Shown: positions 10,867-22,641 of the stretch, piece by piece
Layout of the letters: each line of letters opens with the position of its first letter
How positions within the stretch are numbered: position 1 is the first letter of the stretch
Assembly (NCBI GenBank): GCA_963702205.1
Contig: OY969724.1
Span: 2,208,001 to 2,272,000, forward strand
Source: an uncultured candidate division Zixibacteria bacterium
GTDB taxonomy: Bacteria; Zixibacteria; MSB-5A5; GN15; PGXB01
Direction of reading: 5' to 3'
Length of the DNA: 64,000 nt
The notes under the pieces: generated by a model
The model's input: only the letters and a program-made list of their open reading frames with translations
The model's database searches: none
Told to the model about the DNA's origin: nothing
Translations under genes and position numbers: made by a program

Positions 10867-12252
10867 ATGAGCGAGAAGATTATAAAATCCAGGCGGGATT
10901 TCCCCGCCGTGGAGACGTTGGCTTCCGATGATGCCATATTGAAAGCCTCACGGAATCTGGCTCGTCCGCTGGTAATCGAAATAATCCGTCAGACAATCGA
11001 TAAATTCAAAGCGGGCTTTGAAAAAAGGTCCGGGTCCGTCCGGCTTTCGGAACTGGTTAAGGCCGCCATTGAGCAAATTATGGTGGCTGAGTCCAGACGA
11101 ATAAGCAGGGTGATAAACGGTACCGGTATACTGGTGCACACGAATCTCGGACGGGCTCCGCTTTCTCCGGAACTGTATGATACGATCAAGAGCCAGATAA
11201 CGGGATACGGCAACGTGGAGTTTGACGTGGCCTCGGGAAAACGTGGCAAACGAGGGATTCTGGCGGAAAGATACCTTGCGATGATGTCCGGAGCCGAAGC
11301 CGCGACAATCGTGAATAACAACGCCGGTGCGTTATTTATTATTCTGAACACGCTTGCCCCTCGCAAAAAAGTTGTTATATCCCGAGGTGAGCTGGTGCAA
11401 ATCGGCGGCGGCTTTCGCATTCCCGATATAATGAAAAAGGCCGGAGCGCGGCTTCTCGAAATTGGGACTTCCAACGTTACATCGAAAGATGATTATGCCC
11501 GCGCTCTTGATGACAACCCATCGGTTATCCTGAAAGTGCATCGCAGCAATTTTTCCGTAACCGGATTCAGTGATGAGGTCGATTTGAAAACGCTGGTCGG
11601 TTTGGGCCGCAAGGGCGGAATTTCGGTCGTAAACGATCTCGGCAGCGGCGTTTTTATCGATACCGGTGAGCTGATCGGGCATCGCGAACCGACAGTACAA
11701 GGTTCCGTACGGGACGGCGCGGACATCACCTGTTTTTCCGGCGATAAACTTCTCGGCGGCATTCAGGCCGGGCTGATTGTCGGACGCGCTGACCTGATCG
11801 CCAAAATAAAAAAGAATCCGATCTTTCGTGCGCTGCGCGTCGACAAGACCATATTTTCAGCACTGGAAGTTCTGCTGGGGTATTATCTCGACGGAACCTG
11901 GAAAGATAATATCAAGCTGTGGAGGCTGGCTTCGCGGTCGCAAACCGAGTTGCTCAGGCTGGCAAATTTGGCACTGTCCAGTTTAAAGGCCGGAGAAATT
12001 CTGAAGGCTGAAAAATCCGAAGGGCAGATGGGTGGGGGCTCGCTGCCGGAAGTGCCTCTTAAATCGGCGGCGCTCGTATTCGATAGCAAAGGGTCACCTG
12101 ACAAGATTGCCGAATTATTCCGCTCACTTCGTCCGCCGGTAATCGGACGAATCCGGGACGATAAATTTATGATCGATTTGAAAGCAATCGACGAAGACGA
12201 AATTAACCTGCTTACCCGGTCAATAAAGACCGTCTTGACCAAAATATCCTGA
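10867..12252 (+). CDS. selA: L-seryl-tRNA(Sec) selenium transferase
   Basis: [44 protein letters not shown] (PLP Lys); start trimmed to ATG 10867. Confidence 0.95.
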   Translation: MSEKIIKSRRDFPAVETLASDDAILKASRNLARPLVIEIIRQTIDKFKAGFEKRSGSVRLSELVKAAIEQIMVAESRRISRVINGTGILVHTNLGRAPLSPELYDTIKSQITGYGNVEFDVASGKRGKRGILAERYLAMMSGAEAATIVNNNAGALFIILNTLAPRKKVVISRGELVQIGGGFRIPDIMKKAGARLLEIGTSNVTSKDDYARALDDNPSVILKVHRSNFSVTGFSDEVDLKTLVGLGRKGGISVVNDLGSGVFIDTGELIGHREPTVQGSVRDGADITCFSGDKLLGGIQAGLIVGRADLIAKIKKNPIFRALRVDKTIFSALEVLLGYYLDGTWKDNIKLWRLASRSQTELLRLANLALSSLKAGEILKAEKSEGQMGGGSLPEVPLKSAALVFDSKGSPDKIAELFRSLRPPVIGRIRDDKFMIDLKAIDEDEINLLTRSIKTVLTKIS

Positions 12253-12253
12253 T

Positions 12254-14143
12254 ATGTTTGTTATAGGTACCGCCGGACACATCGACCACGGGAAATCATC
12301 GCTTATTTTAAGACTGACCGGCATCGATCCGGATCGTCTGCCCGAAGAAAAAGAACGGGCGATGACCATTGACCTCGGCTTTTCATGGTACGATACTCCC
12401 GATGGGCAGCGCATCGGAATAGTCGACGTGCCCGGCCACGAGCGTTTCGTCCGCAACATGATTGCCGGAGCAGGCGGCATCGACGCCGTCATTCTGGTCG
12501 TGGCGGCCGACGATGGGTGGATGCCCCAAACGCGGGAGCACCTGAGTATTACGCAGCTTCTGGGCGTCAAAAACGGCATAGTTGCTCTGACCAAAATAGA
12601 TCTTGTCGATCCCGACTGGCTCAACCTGGTAGTCGATGACCTGAAATCCAGGCTGGCGGGGACGTTTCTGGAAAATGCTCCGGTTGTCAGGTTGTCATCG
12701 ACGACCGGGGAAGGCTTCGATGAACTCAAGAATGAAATCAATATACTCTCAAGCAAAATCGTCGAGCGTTCGGATATTGGCAAGCCCCGGCTGTATATCG
12801 ACCGGTCGTTTCTCATGCCCGGCATGGGCGGCGTCGCCACCGGGACTCTTCGTGGCGGAACGCTCTCGGTCGGCGATGAAATCGCGGTGTATCCCAGCAA
12901 GAAGAGCGGGCGCATCCGCTCCATGCAATCACACAACAGGGCCGTGGAAAAAGCCTTCCCGGGTCAGAGAACGGCGCTGGCACTGACCGGGGTCGATCAT
13001 CAGTACATCAATCGCGGCGGTGTGGTCGGTTATAAACAAATGATGGAAGATTATCCCGCGGAAGCAATACTGGCTCTAAAGCTAACCGTGCTGCCGGAGT
13101 CGCCCGTGAAAATTTCCGACCGACGCAGACTTTTGATGATAACGGGGACGACTGAAGTCGAAGGTGAAATCAGGACGATATCGGAAAAAGGCATTGCGCC
13201 GGGTCAGGCCGGAATTGCCTTTTTCAATCCGTTTGAGCCGGTTATGGCTTTCATCGGCGATCGTTATATTGTCAGGATGCCCACCCCGCAAGTGACGGTG
13301 GGCGGGGGCATGGTCCTGGACCTGATGAAAAACATGCCTCGCAGAAAAGATTTGGAGCGTTTTGAATATTTGAAGAGACGGCTGGTATATTCTTTGCCGG
13401 CGCTGGTGCAAAGCGAACTGGATAAGAGAATTTTTGTGTCGCGCGAGGATTTTGTTTGCAGCAATTTTGCAAGCGATCGGATTTCGGAATATCTTGCCGA
13501 CCAAAATACCAAGGGCGATCTCCAGTTGATTAACGGGCGATACTACCGCGCCGCCGACGTCAAAGCGGGGGAGACCGCCGTCATGAATGCCGTCAACTCA
13601 ATTTTCGACCGGCACCCTCATCGGGATGGTCTCAAACCGGAGACGATATTGCAGGAGACCGGTCAAACGATTGACGCCATGACTCCGATAATCGAATTGC
13701 TTCTGGCCAATAAAATGTTGATCAAAAAAGGTAATCGTCTTGATCTGCCCGAACGAAGTATCACCATAAAAGGTGAAAAGAAAAGACTGGCCGATGAAAT
13801 GGAAAGTAGTCTTTTGACCGGGTCTTTCGCTCCGCCCGGCATTCGAGACCTTACAGGCAAGGATTCTGACAAACAGGAAGTTTTGGATTTCCTGATTGCA
13901 TCGGGGAAGGCCATCAAAGTCAATGCCGATCTGGCCTTTCATATCGATGTCTGGACCAAGGCCATTGAAAAAATAAAGAATTTATTGAAAACAGATGACA
14001 AATTGGCCGTAAGTACATTGCGGGAAACATTCGGTTGTTCGAGGAAGTATTTGATACCGATGCTGGAATACACCGACAAACTTGGCATTACCCGTCGCGA
14101 CGGCGACTTCAGGGTTCGCGGAGAAAACTTTGGAAAAGAATAG
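12254..14143 (+). CDS. selB: Selenocysteine-specific elongation factor
   Basis: [29 protein letters not shown]-terminal winged helix [13 protein letters not shown]...TRR; 1 nt after selA. Confidence 0.95.
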   Translation: MFVIGTAGHIDHGKSSLILRLTGIDPDRLPEEKERAMTIDLGFSWYDTPDGQRIGIVDVPGHERFVRNMIAGAGGIDAVILVVAADDGWMPQTREHLSITQLLGVKNGIVALTKIDLVDPDWLNLVVDDLKSRLAGTFLENAPVVRLSSTTGEGFDELKNEINILSSKIVERSDIGKPRLYIDRSFLMPGMGGVATGTLRGGTLSVGDEIAVYPSKKSGRIRSMQSHNRAVEKAFPGQRTALALTGVDHQYINRGGVVGYKQMMEDYPAEAILALKLTVLPESPVKISDRRRLLMITGTTEVEGEIRTISEKGIAPGQAGIAFFNPFEPVMAFIGDRYIVRMPTPQVTVGGGMVLDLMKNMPRRKDLERFEYLKRRLVYSLPALVQSELDKRIFVSREDFVCSNFASDRISEYLADQNTKGDLQLINGRYYRAADVKAGETAVMNAVNSIFDRHPHRDGLKPETILQETGQTIDAMTPIIELLLANKMLIKKGNRLDLPERSITIKGEKKRLADEMESSLLTGSFAPPGIRDLTGKDSDKQEVLDFLIASGKAIKVNADLAFHIDVWTKAIEKIKNLLKTDDKLAVSTLRETFGCSRKYLIPMLEYTDKLGITRRDGDFRVRGENFGKE

Positions 14144-15726
14144 GTTGTATGTCAACGGGGTAATTTATCCGATGGCCGGAGACAATCGGCCGGTGTCGTG
14201 TCTGGCTGTTTCCGGCGGGACAATTGTCGCCGTTGGCAGAAATCTCGACAAAGACGATGATTTCAATTACTATGATCGTATCGACCTTAAAAAATCAGTA
14301 GTGCTTCCCGGGTTCCACGACGCCCATACCCATATAATGTATGCCGCCCTGTCCGAGACCATGGTTAATCTCGACGGTTTTAAATCCATGAGAGAGGTTC
14401 TGGCCGCAATAAAATCTCACGCGCAAAAACTGAAACGAAACGAATGGATAGAGGGCGTCGGATTCTCCGCCGACAGGCTGAAAGATTATGTGATGCCGGA
14501 CAAATATATGCTGGACAAAGTCGCTGGCGGTCGCCCGGCGGCGATTTTTTCCAAAGACCAACACCTGATGTGGGTTAATTCAAAGGCGTTGGAACTGGCC
14601 GGATATGATAGCAAAACAGCCGACCCGGATGGAGGGGTCATTGAGCGTTTGGAAAATGGTGAGCCGAGCGGCATATTGAAAGAATACCCGGCCTATTCGC
14701 CTATTTATGAGATGGCATCGCGACAGAATAAGACCCGGAGGCTGGAGTCGTTTCTTGATTATTTGCCGCATATATACAGCAAAGGAGTCACGAGTGTAAC
14801 GTCGATGGACGGCCCGGAAGCTTTCAATAATTTCCTGGAGCTTTCAACAAAGGGCAAACTCGGTTTGCGGGTGCATCACTATGTCGCTCCGGAAATCCTT
14901 GGCAAACTTACAAAGGCCGGAATTAAACACGAGCTGTCCGGTGATTATTACAGGGTCTGCGGTGTTAAGATATTTTCCGACGGTGCCCTGGGCAGCCAGT
15001 CGGCCAATTGCTTCAATAAGTACATCGGGTCGAAGGAGAATTTCGGCGTGGAGACCAACAGCCGTGAAGCAATGTTGAAAGTTATCAAGAAGGCCGCAAA
15101 GCTGGGTCTTCCGGCCGCCATTCATGCCATCGGTGATCGAGCCATCTCCAACGTCCTGGATAGCTTTGAAAAAATCCCCGTTTCATATCCACCTTTGAGA
15201 AATCGTATCGAGCACCTGCAAATGATTCGCCGCAAGGACGTCGCGCGCGTGAAAAAGCTCGGTATCATCGCCTCGATGCAGCCGTCGCACTGTCCGTCGG
15301 ATGTCGATTTAATAGAAAAGTACCTGGGGGAGTCGCGCCCGGAACTGCTATATATTCAAGACACTACTGGACAATGAAATTTATCTGGCCTTCGGCTCCG
15401 ATACCCCCATTGAAAAGCTCGACCCGATTTCGGGAATAAATGCCGCCGTAAACAGACCTGTTCCGGGAACAAAAAAAGCGTTCTATCCCGAACAGCGTAT
15501 CTCGGTCGGTGAGGCTGTCGCCGGGTTTACAACAGGTGCGGCGTACGCAATTGGCCGGGAATTTGAGCTTGGGCGGCTGTTGCCGGGATATAAGGCCGAT
15601 TTTGTCGTTCTGGATCATGATATATTCAAAATCGCCCGGAGCAAAATAGGCGACGTTCAGATCAAAGCGACCATATTCGATGGGCGTCGTGTATATTTGA
15701 AAAAAGGCGGCGGTCTGAATCTTTAG
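14130..15726 (+). CDS. YtcJ-like amidohydrolase 3, interrupted by one extra base at ~15323-15330
   Basis: PGFHDAHTH, KIFSDGALGS, HAIGD, RIEH, SMQPSH. The +1 frame continues ...SRARNCYIFKTLL...AFGSDTP...GYKADFVVLD...TIFDGRRVY to TAG 15724-15726. TTG start 14130 with GGAG. Confidence 0.85.
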
Positions 15727-15815
15727 ACTTTCCTGATTTTAACCGCTCTTTTTCACATCCTTTTTAGATTGACAGCGTTTGACCTTTAGGTGTAGATTCT
15801 TGTATAAGGGGAGGT

Positions 15816-17156
15816 ATGAAGATGAAAACATTTCGTATAATTCTTTTTTCGCTGATCTTTTTTTCTTCTATAGCTATTTTCGCCAATGATAACGATAGTA
15901 CCAATGCCGCAGCCGATTCTCTTCCGGCCGCGACCGATACGACCACGAGTCTGGCTTACTTTCTCGATATAGAAGGAGCGATAGGCACGGTTGCTGCCGA
16001 CCGGGTGATTGAAGCCATTAAAACCTGTGAATCGGAAAAGGCCGACGTGCTGGTGATTCAGATGGATACTCCCGGCGGATTCAACGATGCTCTGTGGCCC
16101 CTGACTCGTGCCATTATGAATTCGACCGTGCCGGTCGTGGTGTATGTCGCACCGGTCGGGGCGAGGGCGGCCTCGGCGGGAGTGTATATTGTATATTCGG
16201 CCCATATCGCGGCCATGGCACCCGGTACCCATCTGGGTGCGGCCCATGTCGTCTCCGGTTCAGGGCAGCCGATCGATTCGGTCCTGAGCGAGAAGATCAT
16301 GAACGACGCGGTGGCGTCGCTTAAGGCGATGTCGGAGCGCAACGGGCGTAATTTCGAGTATGCCGAGAAAATGGCGCGGGAGTCGATTTCTCTGACCAGT
16401 TCCGAAGCTCTGGAGCACAACGTTATTAATCTGATCGCCGACAATTATGATGACCTGCTGGAAAAAATCGACGGACGCGAGGTCAATATGGCCGAAGGCA
16501 CCAGGGTGATTCATTCCAGGCATGCCCGAACGGTTGTGATCAAGTTGTCTTTTATTCAGTCATTGTTGGAAATTCTGACATCGCCGAACGTCGCTTTTAT
16601 TTTGTTTTCGATTGGCGGCCTGGGTATAGTGCTCGAACTTTATAACCCGGGCGCGATTCTCCCCGGTGTTGTTGGTAGTATCTGTCTGATTCTTGCCTTC
16701 TACAGCTTCAGGACGCTGCCCATAAATTATGCCGGGCTGTTTTTGATCGTATTCGCGATAATATTATTTTTACTGGAGGTTAAGGTGGTCAGTCACGGTC
16801 TATTAACTATCGGCGGGGTTGTGTCGCTTATTATAGGGGGCATGATGCTTATCGATACGACCGACCCTGATCTTAGAATATCGACGGCAATCGTGATATC
16901 TGTGGCTCTGGCACTCGGGCTCTTTGTCGGGCTGGCCTTCACGCTGGCCTATAAAGCGCGAATCGCCAAACCGACGACAGGCAAGGAAGGCTTGATCGGA
17001 GAAACGGGCGTTGTCAAAGAGAGGATAGATCCCATCGGCTATGTGTTCGTCGCCGGTGAACTGTGGCAGGCCTCGGCCGATGAACCGCTCGACAACGATA
17101 CCGAAGTTATCGTGACGGAAGTTGATAATCTGAAAATAAAAGTACGACGCAAATAA
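15816..17156 (+). CDS. nfeD: NfeD family membrane-bound ClpP-like serine protease
   Basis: MDTPGG, AASAG, AMAPGTHLGAAH, TM region, C-terminal OB GELWQA; SD GGAGG. Confidence 0.92.
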   Translation: MKMKTFRIILFSLIFFSSIAIFANDNDSTNAAADSLPAATDTTTSLAYFLDIEGAIGTVAADRVIEAIKTCESEKADVLVIQMDTPGGFNDALWPLTRAIMNSTVPVVVYVAPVGARAASAGVYIVYSAHIAAMAPGTHLGAAHVVSGSGQPIDSVLSEKIMNDAVASLKAMSERNGRNFEYAEKMARESISLTSSEALEHNVINLIADNYDDLLEKIDGREVNMAEGTRVIHSRHARTVVIKLSFIQSLLEILTSPNVAFILFSIGGLGIVLELYNPGAILPGVVGSICLILAFYSFRTLPINYAGLFLIVFAIILFLLEVKVVSHGLLTIGGVVSLIIGGMMLIDTTDPDLRISTAIVISVALALGLFVGLAFTLAYKARIAKPTTGKEGLIGETGVVKERIDPIGYVFVAGELWQASADEPLDNDTEVIVTEVDNLKIKVRRK

Positions 17157-17186
17157 CGGAAAGCATAAAATTACAGAGGAGGTAAT

Positions 17187-17987
17187 ATGCCGTCATCATT
17201 GGCCGGATTGGTAGTAATAATATTTATCGGTTTGTTCATTTTGACCAACGCCATCAGGATTCTGCGCGAATATGAACGGGGTGTCGTGTTTCGTCTGGGA
17301 AGACTTATCGGAGCCAAGGGGCCCGGTATCATCCTGTTGATTCCTATCGTCGATAAAATGCAGCGCGTCGACCTGCGGACAATAACGTTCGACGTCCCCC
17401 CGCAGGATGTTATCACAAGAGATAATGTCTCGGTCAAGGTCAATGCGGTGGTTTATTTCCGGGTCATGGAACCCAACAAAGCGATTGTGGCGGTGGCCAA
17501 CTTTTTTGAAGCCACATCGCAAATCGCTCAAACAACTCTGCGATCCGTGCTTGGGCAGGTGGAGTTGGACGAACTATTATCCAACCGTGACAAGATAAAC
17601 CATGAACTGCAGAAGATAATAGATCACCAAACGGAGCCGTGGGGAATCAAGGTCAGCGTGGTGGAAGTAAAAAATGTCGATCTGCCGCCCGAAATGACCC
17701 GGGCCATTGCCCGTCAGGCTGAAGCGGAACGCGAGAAGCGCGCCAAAATTATTCATGCCGAGGGTGAATTTCAGGCCTCAGCCAAGCTTGCCCAGGCCGC
17801 GGGAGTTATTGCTTCACAACCAAACGCCCTGCAGCTTCGATTTATGCAAACGTTGACCGAGGTTTCGGCGGCCAAATCGTCAACTATAATTTTCCCTATG
17901 CCGATAGACCTGTTTGAGCCGTTTATTCGTGAGCGGCAAATTCTCGCCGAACGTGAAGAAAGCCGACGTGCCGGAGACAGCGCTTAA
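17187..17987 (+). CDS. SPFH/stomatin (slipin) protein
   Basis: [36 protein letters not shown]; canonical NfeD partner. Confidence 0.93.
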   Translation: MPSSLAGLVVIIFIGLFILTNAIRILREYERGVVFRLGRLIGAKGPGIILLIPIVDKMQRVDLRTITFDVPPQDVITRDNVSVKVNAVVYFRVMEPNKAIVAVANFFEATSQIAQTTLRSVLGQVELDELLSNRDKINHELQKIIDHQTEPWGIKVSVVEVKNVDLPPEMTRAIARQAEAEREKRAKIIHAEGEFQASAKLAQAAGVIASQPNALQLRFMQTLTEVSAAKSSTIIFPMPIDLFEPFIRERQILAEREESRRAGDSA

Positions 17988-18013
17988 AGACTGATCTCCA
18001 GGGAGAATCTATA

Positions 18014-18625
18014 ATGTTAAGGATGTCAGTAATCCTGCCGTTGGCAGTTTTATTATTCTATGGCTGCTCCAAAACCGAAGACAAACATGTTACGCTGGAT
18101 GCAAAAAATACCGCGAGCGAAACTGGCGAATTAAACGAAACTGACGATTCGGGTTTCAAAATCTCCTGTCCGGAATTCAAAAACGGAGAGGGGATTCCGG
18201 AAAAATATTCCTGTATGGGTGATGCAATTTCCCCGCCGCTCGTTATAGAGGGTACACCCGATGCCGCAAAATCGCTGGCTTTGATATTCGACGATCCCGA
18301 TGCACCGCGCGGGACTTTTTATCACTGGATGTTGTTTAACATTCCGCCCGAATTCGCATATTTCCCAATTGATTTCGATAATACTCCGGAAATGGCGAAG
18401 TCACCGATTAAGGCGGCGCAGTTATATTACCCGCCCTGTCCTCCGCTGGGGGAAACGCACCGGTATTACATCCGGCTGTATGCCCTGGACACCATGTTAA
18501 ACGTCGGGGATAAATTCGAAGCGGTTTACTGGGCGAAACATCTGCAGGATGTAATGCAGGGTCATATTCTGGCCGAGGCGGTTTATATGGGGCGTTTCAG
18601 CCGCAATAAGCTGATCACCTATTAG
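18014..18625 (+). CDS. YbhB/YbcL (PEBP/Raf kinase inhibitor-like) lipoprotein
   Basis: Lipobox FYGC; DDPDAP..HW, PPCPP..HRY..LYALD. Confidence 0.88.
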   Translation: MLRMSVILPLAVLLFYGCSKTEDKHVTLDAKNTASETGELNETDDSGFKISCPEFKNGEGIPEKYSCMGDAISPPLVIEGTPDAAKSLALIFDDPDAPRGTFYHWMLFNIPPEFAYFPIDFDNTPEMAKSPIKAAQLYYPPCPPLGETHRYYIRLYALDTMLNVGDKFEAVYWAKHLQDVMQGHILAEAVYMGRFSRNKLITY

Positions 18626-19250
18626 CGGGAAAAGGGTCGTTCAGGTAGCTCCATAAGTACATACAGGCGACCGTGCGGTGCGGCCTCCATCGCTGTGAAA
18701 ATTTCTCGAAATCGGTCTTCTTGCGTTCCATACCGTAAAGTGTACTTATAGCATTCTGAATGCCGACATCGCAGGAGGGGAATATGTCGGGGCGCTTCAA
18801 ACGAAACATCAGAAACATCTCCGCGCTCCAGTGTCCCAGTCCTTTAACCGATGTTATCGCTTCGTAAACTTCTTCGTCGGTCATAAAAGGCAAACCCCGA
18901 ATTTTCAGCTTGCCTGTATCGACGTGGTCGATGAGGTCGCGTATGGAGCGAATCTTGGCCCACGACAACCCGGCGTCGCGAAGCTGTTGATCGGCGATTT
19001 TATTCATTTTATCCACAGTAATCACGCCTGCTCCCGTCAAATCCTTAACCCGCAAAAATATAGTGCGAGCAGCCTTACCCGACAGCATCTGACCGGCGAT
19101 AATCGAAACGAATGTCTCGAAATTCATGGGTTTGCAGGGAATCGTGAAAAGTCTGACCCGTCCAACCAGCTGAGCCATAATCTTGTCGTTTTTCTTCAGG
19201 AACTTTTCGCTCTCTTCAATCGAGAATTCGGGAATTTTTATCGGGGCCAT
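18615..19250 (-). CDS. alkA: DNA-3-methyladenine glycosylase II (AlkA/HhH-GPD)
   Basis: IAGQMLS..AARTI, HhH VKGLGHWSAEM, catalytic D in PSCDVG, WRPHRT..YLW. Confidence 0.88.
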   Translation of the reverse strand: MAPIKIPEFSIEESEKFLKKNDKIMAQLVGRVRLFTIPCKPMNFETFVSIIAGQMLSGKAARTIFLRVKDLTGAGVITVDKMNKIADQQLRDAGLSWAKIRSIRDLIDHVDTGKLKIRGLPFMTDEEVYEAITSVKGLGHWSAEMFLMFRLKRPDIFPSCDVGIQNAISTLYGMERKKTDFEKFSQRWRPHRTVACMYLWSYLNDPFPANR

Positions 19251-19364
19251 AGAACATCCTTATTTAGGGTTAGAATATCCAAAGAACCTTATATGACAAA
19301 GCTCTGCAATCACTTTTTTAAATTAAAAAGCCCCGCCTGAAAGGGCTTGTTGAAAAAGCTTGTT

Positions 19365-19410
19365 CGGTCAGGTCCTGCGTCCCGATTTATCGGGACGTGA
19401 GACCTGACCG
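19365..19410. repeat. REP-like palindrome 1 inside the MITE
   Basis: CGGTCAGGTC-ctg-CGTCCCGAT-tt-ATCGGGACG-tga-GACCTGACCG. Confidence 0.85.
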
Positions 19411-19459
19411 TCTTGTAAGTCACTGAAGCTAAAGAGGCCGTCAGCGACTGTCTAATTTG

Positions 19460-20601
<1,142 letters not shown>

Positions 20602-20718
20602 GACGCAAAGATACAAGGTGTCAATCCCAACTTCGTCGGGATCAGCACCTGACGGAAAATATTGGCCCCACTTTTTCAACAAGCCTGAAAGGGCGGGGCA
20701 AAATTCACAATATTTTAT

Positions 20719-21780
20719 CTAATGACCATTGGGCCACAATGTCGCCCACGGGCAGTAATACTGCCAGTAGCCGGAAATGGGCATGGCGGCATCATCGGGA
20801 GGCAGAGAATAGTCCCCGAATTGTCCCGCCAGTAGGCCGCGACGGTGGTTCATGTCATCGACGAACTTACCCCAGAACAAGCCGTGACCCTGTCCGCACA
20901 ACGGACACATGCGCGCGTCGTCATAATACCAATAACCGTGGAATTCGAACAGCACGACGTCCAGCATCATGCCGGAAACCGTCCCGGAAAACTGACCCCA
21001 TTGGGTGTCATTGGTTGCCGGACCGCTGAAGGTCCCTGATATTATCCCCAGCGTATCGTCGTTGTAATTTACCCAGTAACCCGTTATATGTCCGGTCTGC
21101 CCGGTGTTATCATCTTTAATCCATTGACCGTTGATTGTGCCGCCCATGCAGCTGTTTTGCCATATCCGGCGGGAATGCACGGCCACGCCGTTGTTGTTAT
21201 CGGCCAGATAAAAAGTGTCAAGGCTGATTAAGTCGGACATATGGAATTCGAGTGTTATCGGGCCGGTTTGGAAGGTCAGTATCGGTGCGGCGAAATATTC
21301 AGCATCGGTGCGTACAGTTACCATAAAGCTGATACCGTCCAGATCGTTGCTGGTTTTTGACGCCCACATTGTCACGGTCGGCGAATCGGTGATGAGTACG
21401 GAATCCTGTCCGTCCTCGAAGTCAATCGTAAACCTGGACGAGACCGAGCCGATGGCGTTGATCGAAAGCGACCCCGACCAGTCGGTGACGGCCGTTGCTG
21501 ATGGAGCGTCGCCGAATCTGTCGCCCCATAGAAATGTAACGGAATAGGCTTCGCTGTTGCAGGCAATATCGACGGCATTTGAATCGAAATTCGACAGCCA
21601 GTCATTGGTCAGAGCATCATCATTGTCGGTCACATATTTTTTAAGCATCTCCTGCACATTACTCGGGATGTTCCCGGTCGCCGGATTCTGATTTTGTGAC
21701 CCTTCGGGGTTTGATGATTTATCGCTGCATCCGGACAGCGCGATAAACAAAACGGCTAAGAATAAAATTGAAAAGCGCAT
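20719..21780 (-). CDS. Hypothetical lipoprotein, beta-rich with GxxxGx(W/F) repeats
   Basis: Start ATG 21780 with SD GGGGAG; lipobox LSGC; repeated strand motifs; CPLC. Confidence 0.75.
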   Translation of the reverse strand: MRFSILFLAVLFIALSGCSDKSSNPEGSQNQNPATGNIPSNVQEMLKKYVTDNDDALTNDWLSNFDSNAVDIACNSEAYSVTFLWGDRFGDAPSATAVTDWSGSLSINAIGSVSSRFTIDFEDGQDSVLITDSPTVTMWASKTSNDLDGISFMVTVRTDAEYFAAPILTFQTGPITLEFHMSDLISLDTFYLADNNNGVAVHSRRIWQNSCMGGTINGQWIKDDNTGQTGHITGYWVNYNDDTLGIISGTFSGPATNDTQWGQFSGTVSGMMLDVVLFEFHGYWYYDDARMCPLCGQGHGLFWGKFVDDMNHRRGLLAGQFGDYSLPPDDAAMPISGYWQYYCPWATLWPNGH

Positions 21781-21899
21781 ATCTTCACTCCCCATGAAAA
21801 CATAGAGTTTATTCCTACATAAAAAAATACGAGTTTAGTGGTATTTTGTCAATCTTTAGAAGCCTGGAGGCGAAATATGCGATCAGTCAAGAGGCCGGG

Positions 21900-22400
21900 C
21901 TATTCCATATTTCGGAAGGCCTTAATAACATCATACGGGTGTTCCGCATCCAGAAGTTCCTGGCGAAAATACTCGTGCTGCAGATCCATGGAAAGCTCTC
22001 TAAACACGCGTAAATACAGATTGTCATCGTATGGCGGAGCGGCCATGGCAAAAAACAGCTTAATCGGTTCATCATCAAGGGCGTTGAAGTTATATCCATC
22101 ACGGCTGCGGGCAAATGCGATAATAAATTCTTTGGCCTGCATGGACCGGACATGGGGGACGGCAATCCCGAGCCCAATGGCCGTCGTAGCTTTGCGCTCG
22201 CGGTTAATGAAGTCGGTCAGGAGCTTACACCGGTTGCCGATTATATCGGATTTTTCCAGAATTTCGACCAATCCTGAAAGAATGCGTTCTTTATTGCGTT
22301 CTTTCCACTTTTCCGAAGCGGAATCCTCCGGTTCAGGTTCCTGCTCGACCCGGAAGTCAAGCGAGATCAAATCTTCTTTGAAATATCTCCAAATACTCAT
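21900..22400 (-). CDS. Stand-alone PTS EIIA (Fru/Mtl/Ntr-type)
   Basis: RERKATTAIGLGIAVPH with the phospho-His; FNALDDEPIKLFF. Confidence 0.85.
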   Translation of the reverse strand: MSIWRYFKEDLISLDFRVEQEPEPEDSASEKWKERNKERILSGLVEILEKSDIIGNRCKLLTDFINRERKATTAIGLGIAVPHVRSMQAKEFIIAFARSRDGYNFNALDDEPIKLFFAMAAPPYDDNLYLRVFRELSMDLQHEYFRQELLDAEHPYDVIKAFRNME

Positions 22401-22641
22401 TATTTCTTATCTATCGGATGCAACCTTTTAAAACTAAACGAATTAAAGGGTCCGTATTTTATCTGTCAAGCGCTAAAATGGCCTTTTCATATTTTGAAAT
22501 ACTGCCCGGCCGCCAATTGTTCCTATTGACTTTCACGGCCTATTTATTTACTTTCGGGCGCCAATGAAACGTAATCTGTTTAGTCCGGCGCCTTTTATGC
22601 CGAACTAAATGTATAAACGATAAAACGTTAGAGGGTGTTTA

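Noticed and set aside
10867..14143. Selenoprotein (UGA read-through) or tRNA-Sec near selAB
   Set aside because: UGA stops in the window fall at the expected C-termini of complete proteins, and no tRNA-Sec fold was seen
15318..15327. Programmed +1 frameshifting at TAC-CT as the cause of the three split genes
   Set aside because: The identical in-frame 10-mer AAGTACCTGG occurs in intact rplJ (59311-59320), and in-frame GTACCT also occurs in intact recG and dnaB; no shared stimulatory structure was seen
22526..22641. T-box riboswitch upstream of aspS
   Set aside because: The leader is too short and has no T-box motif; only a promoter and an imperfect hairpin (22579-22609) are present
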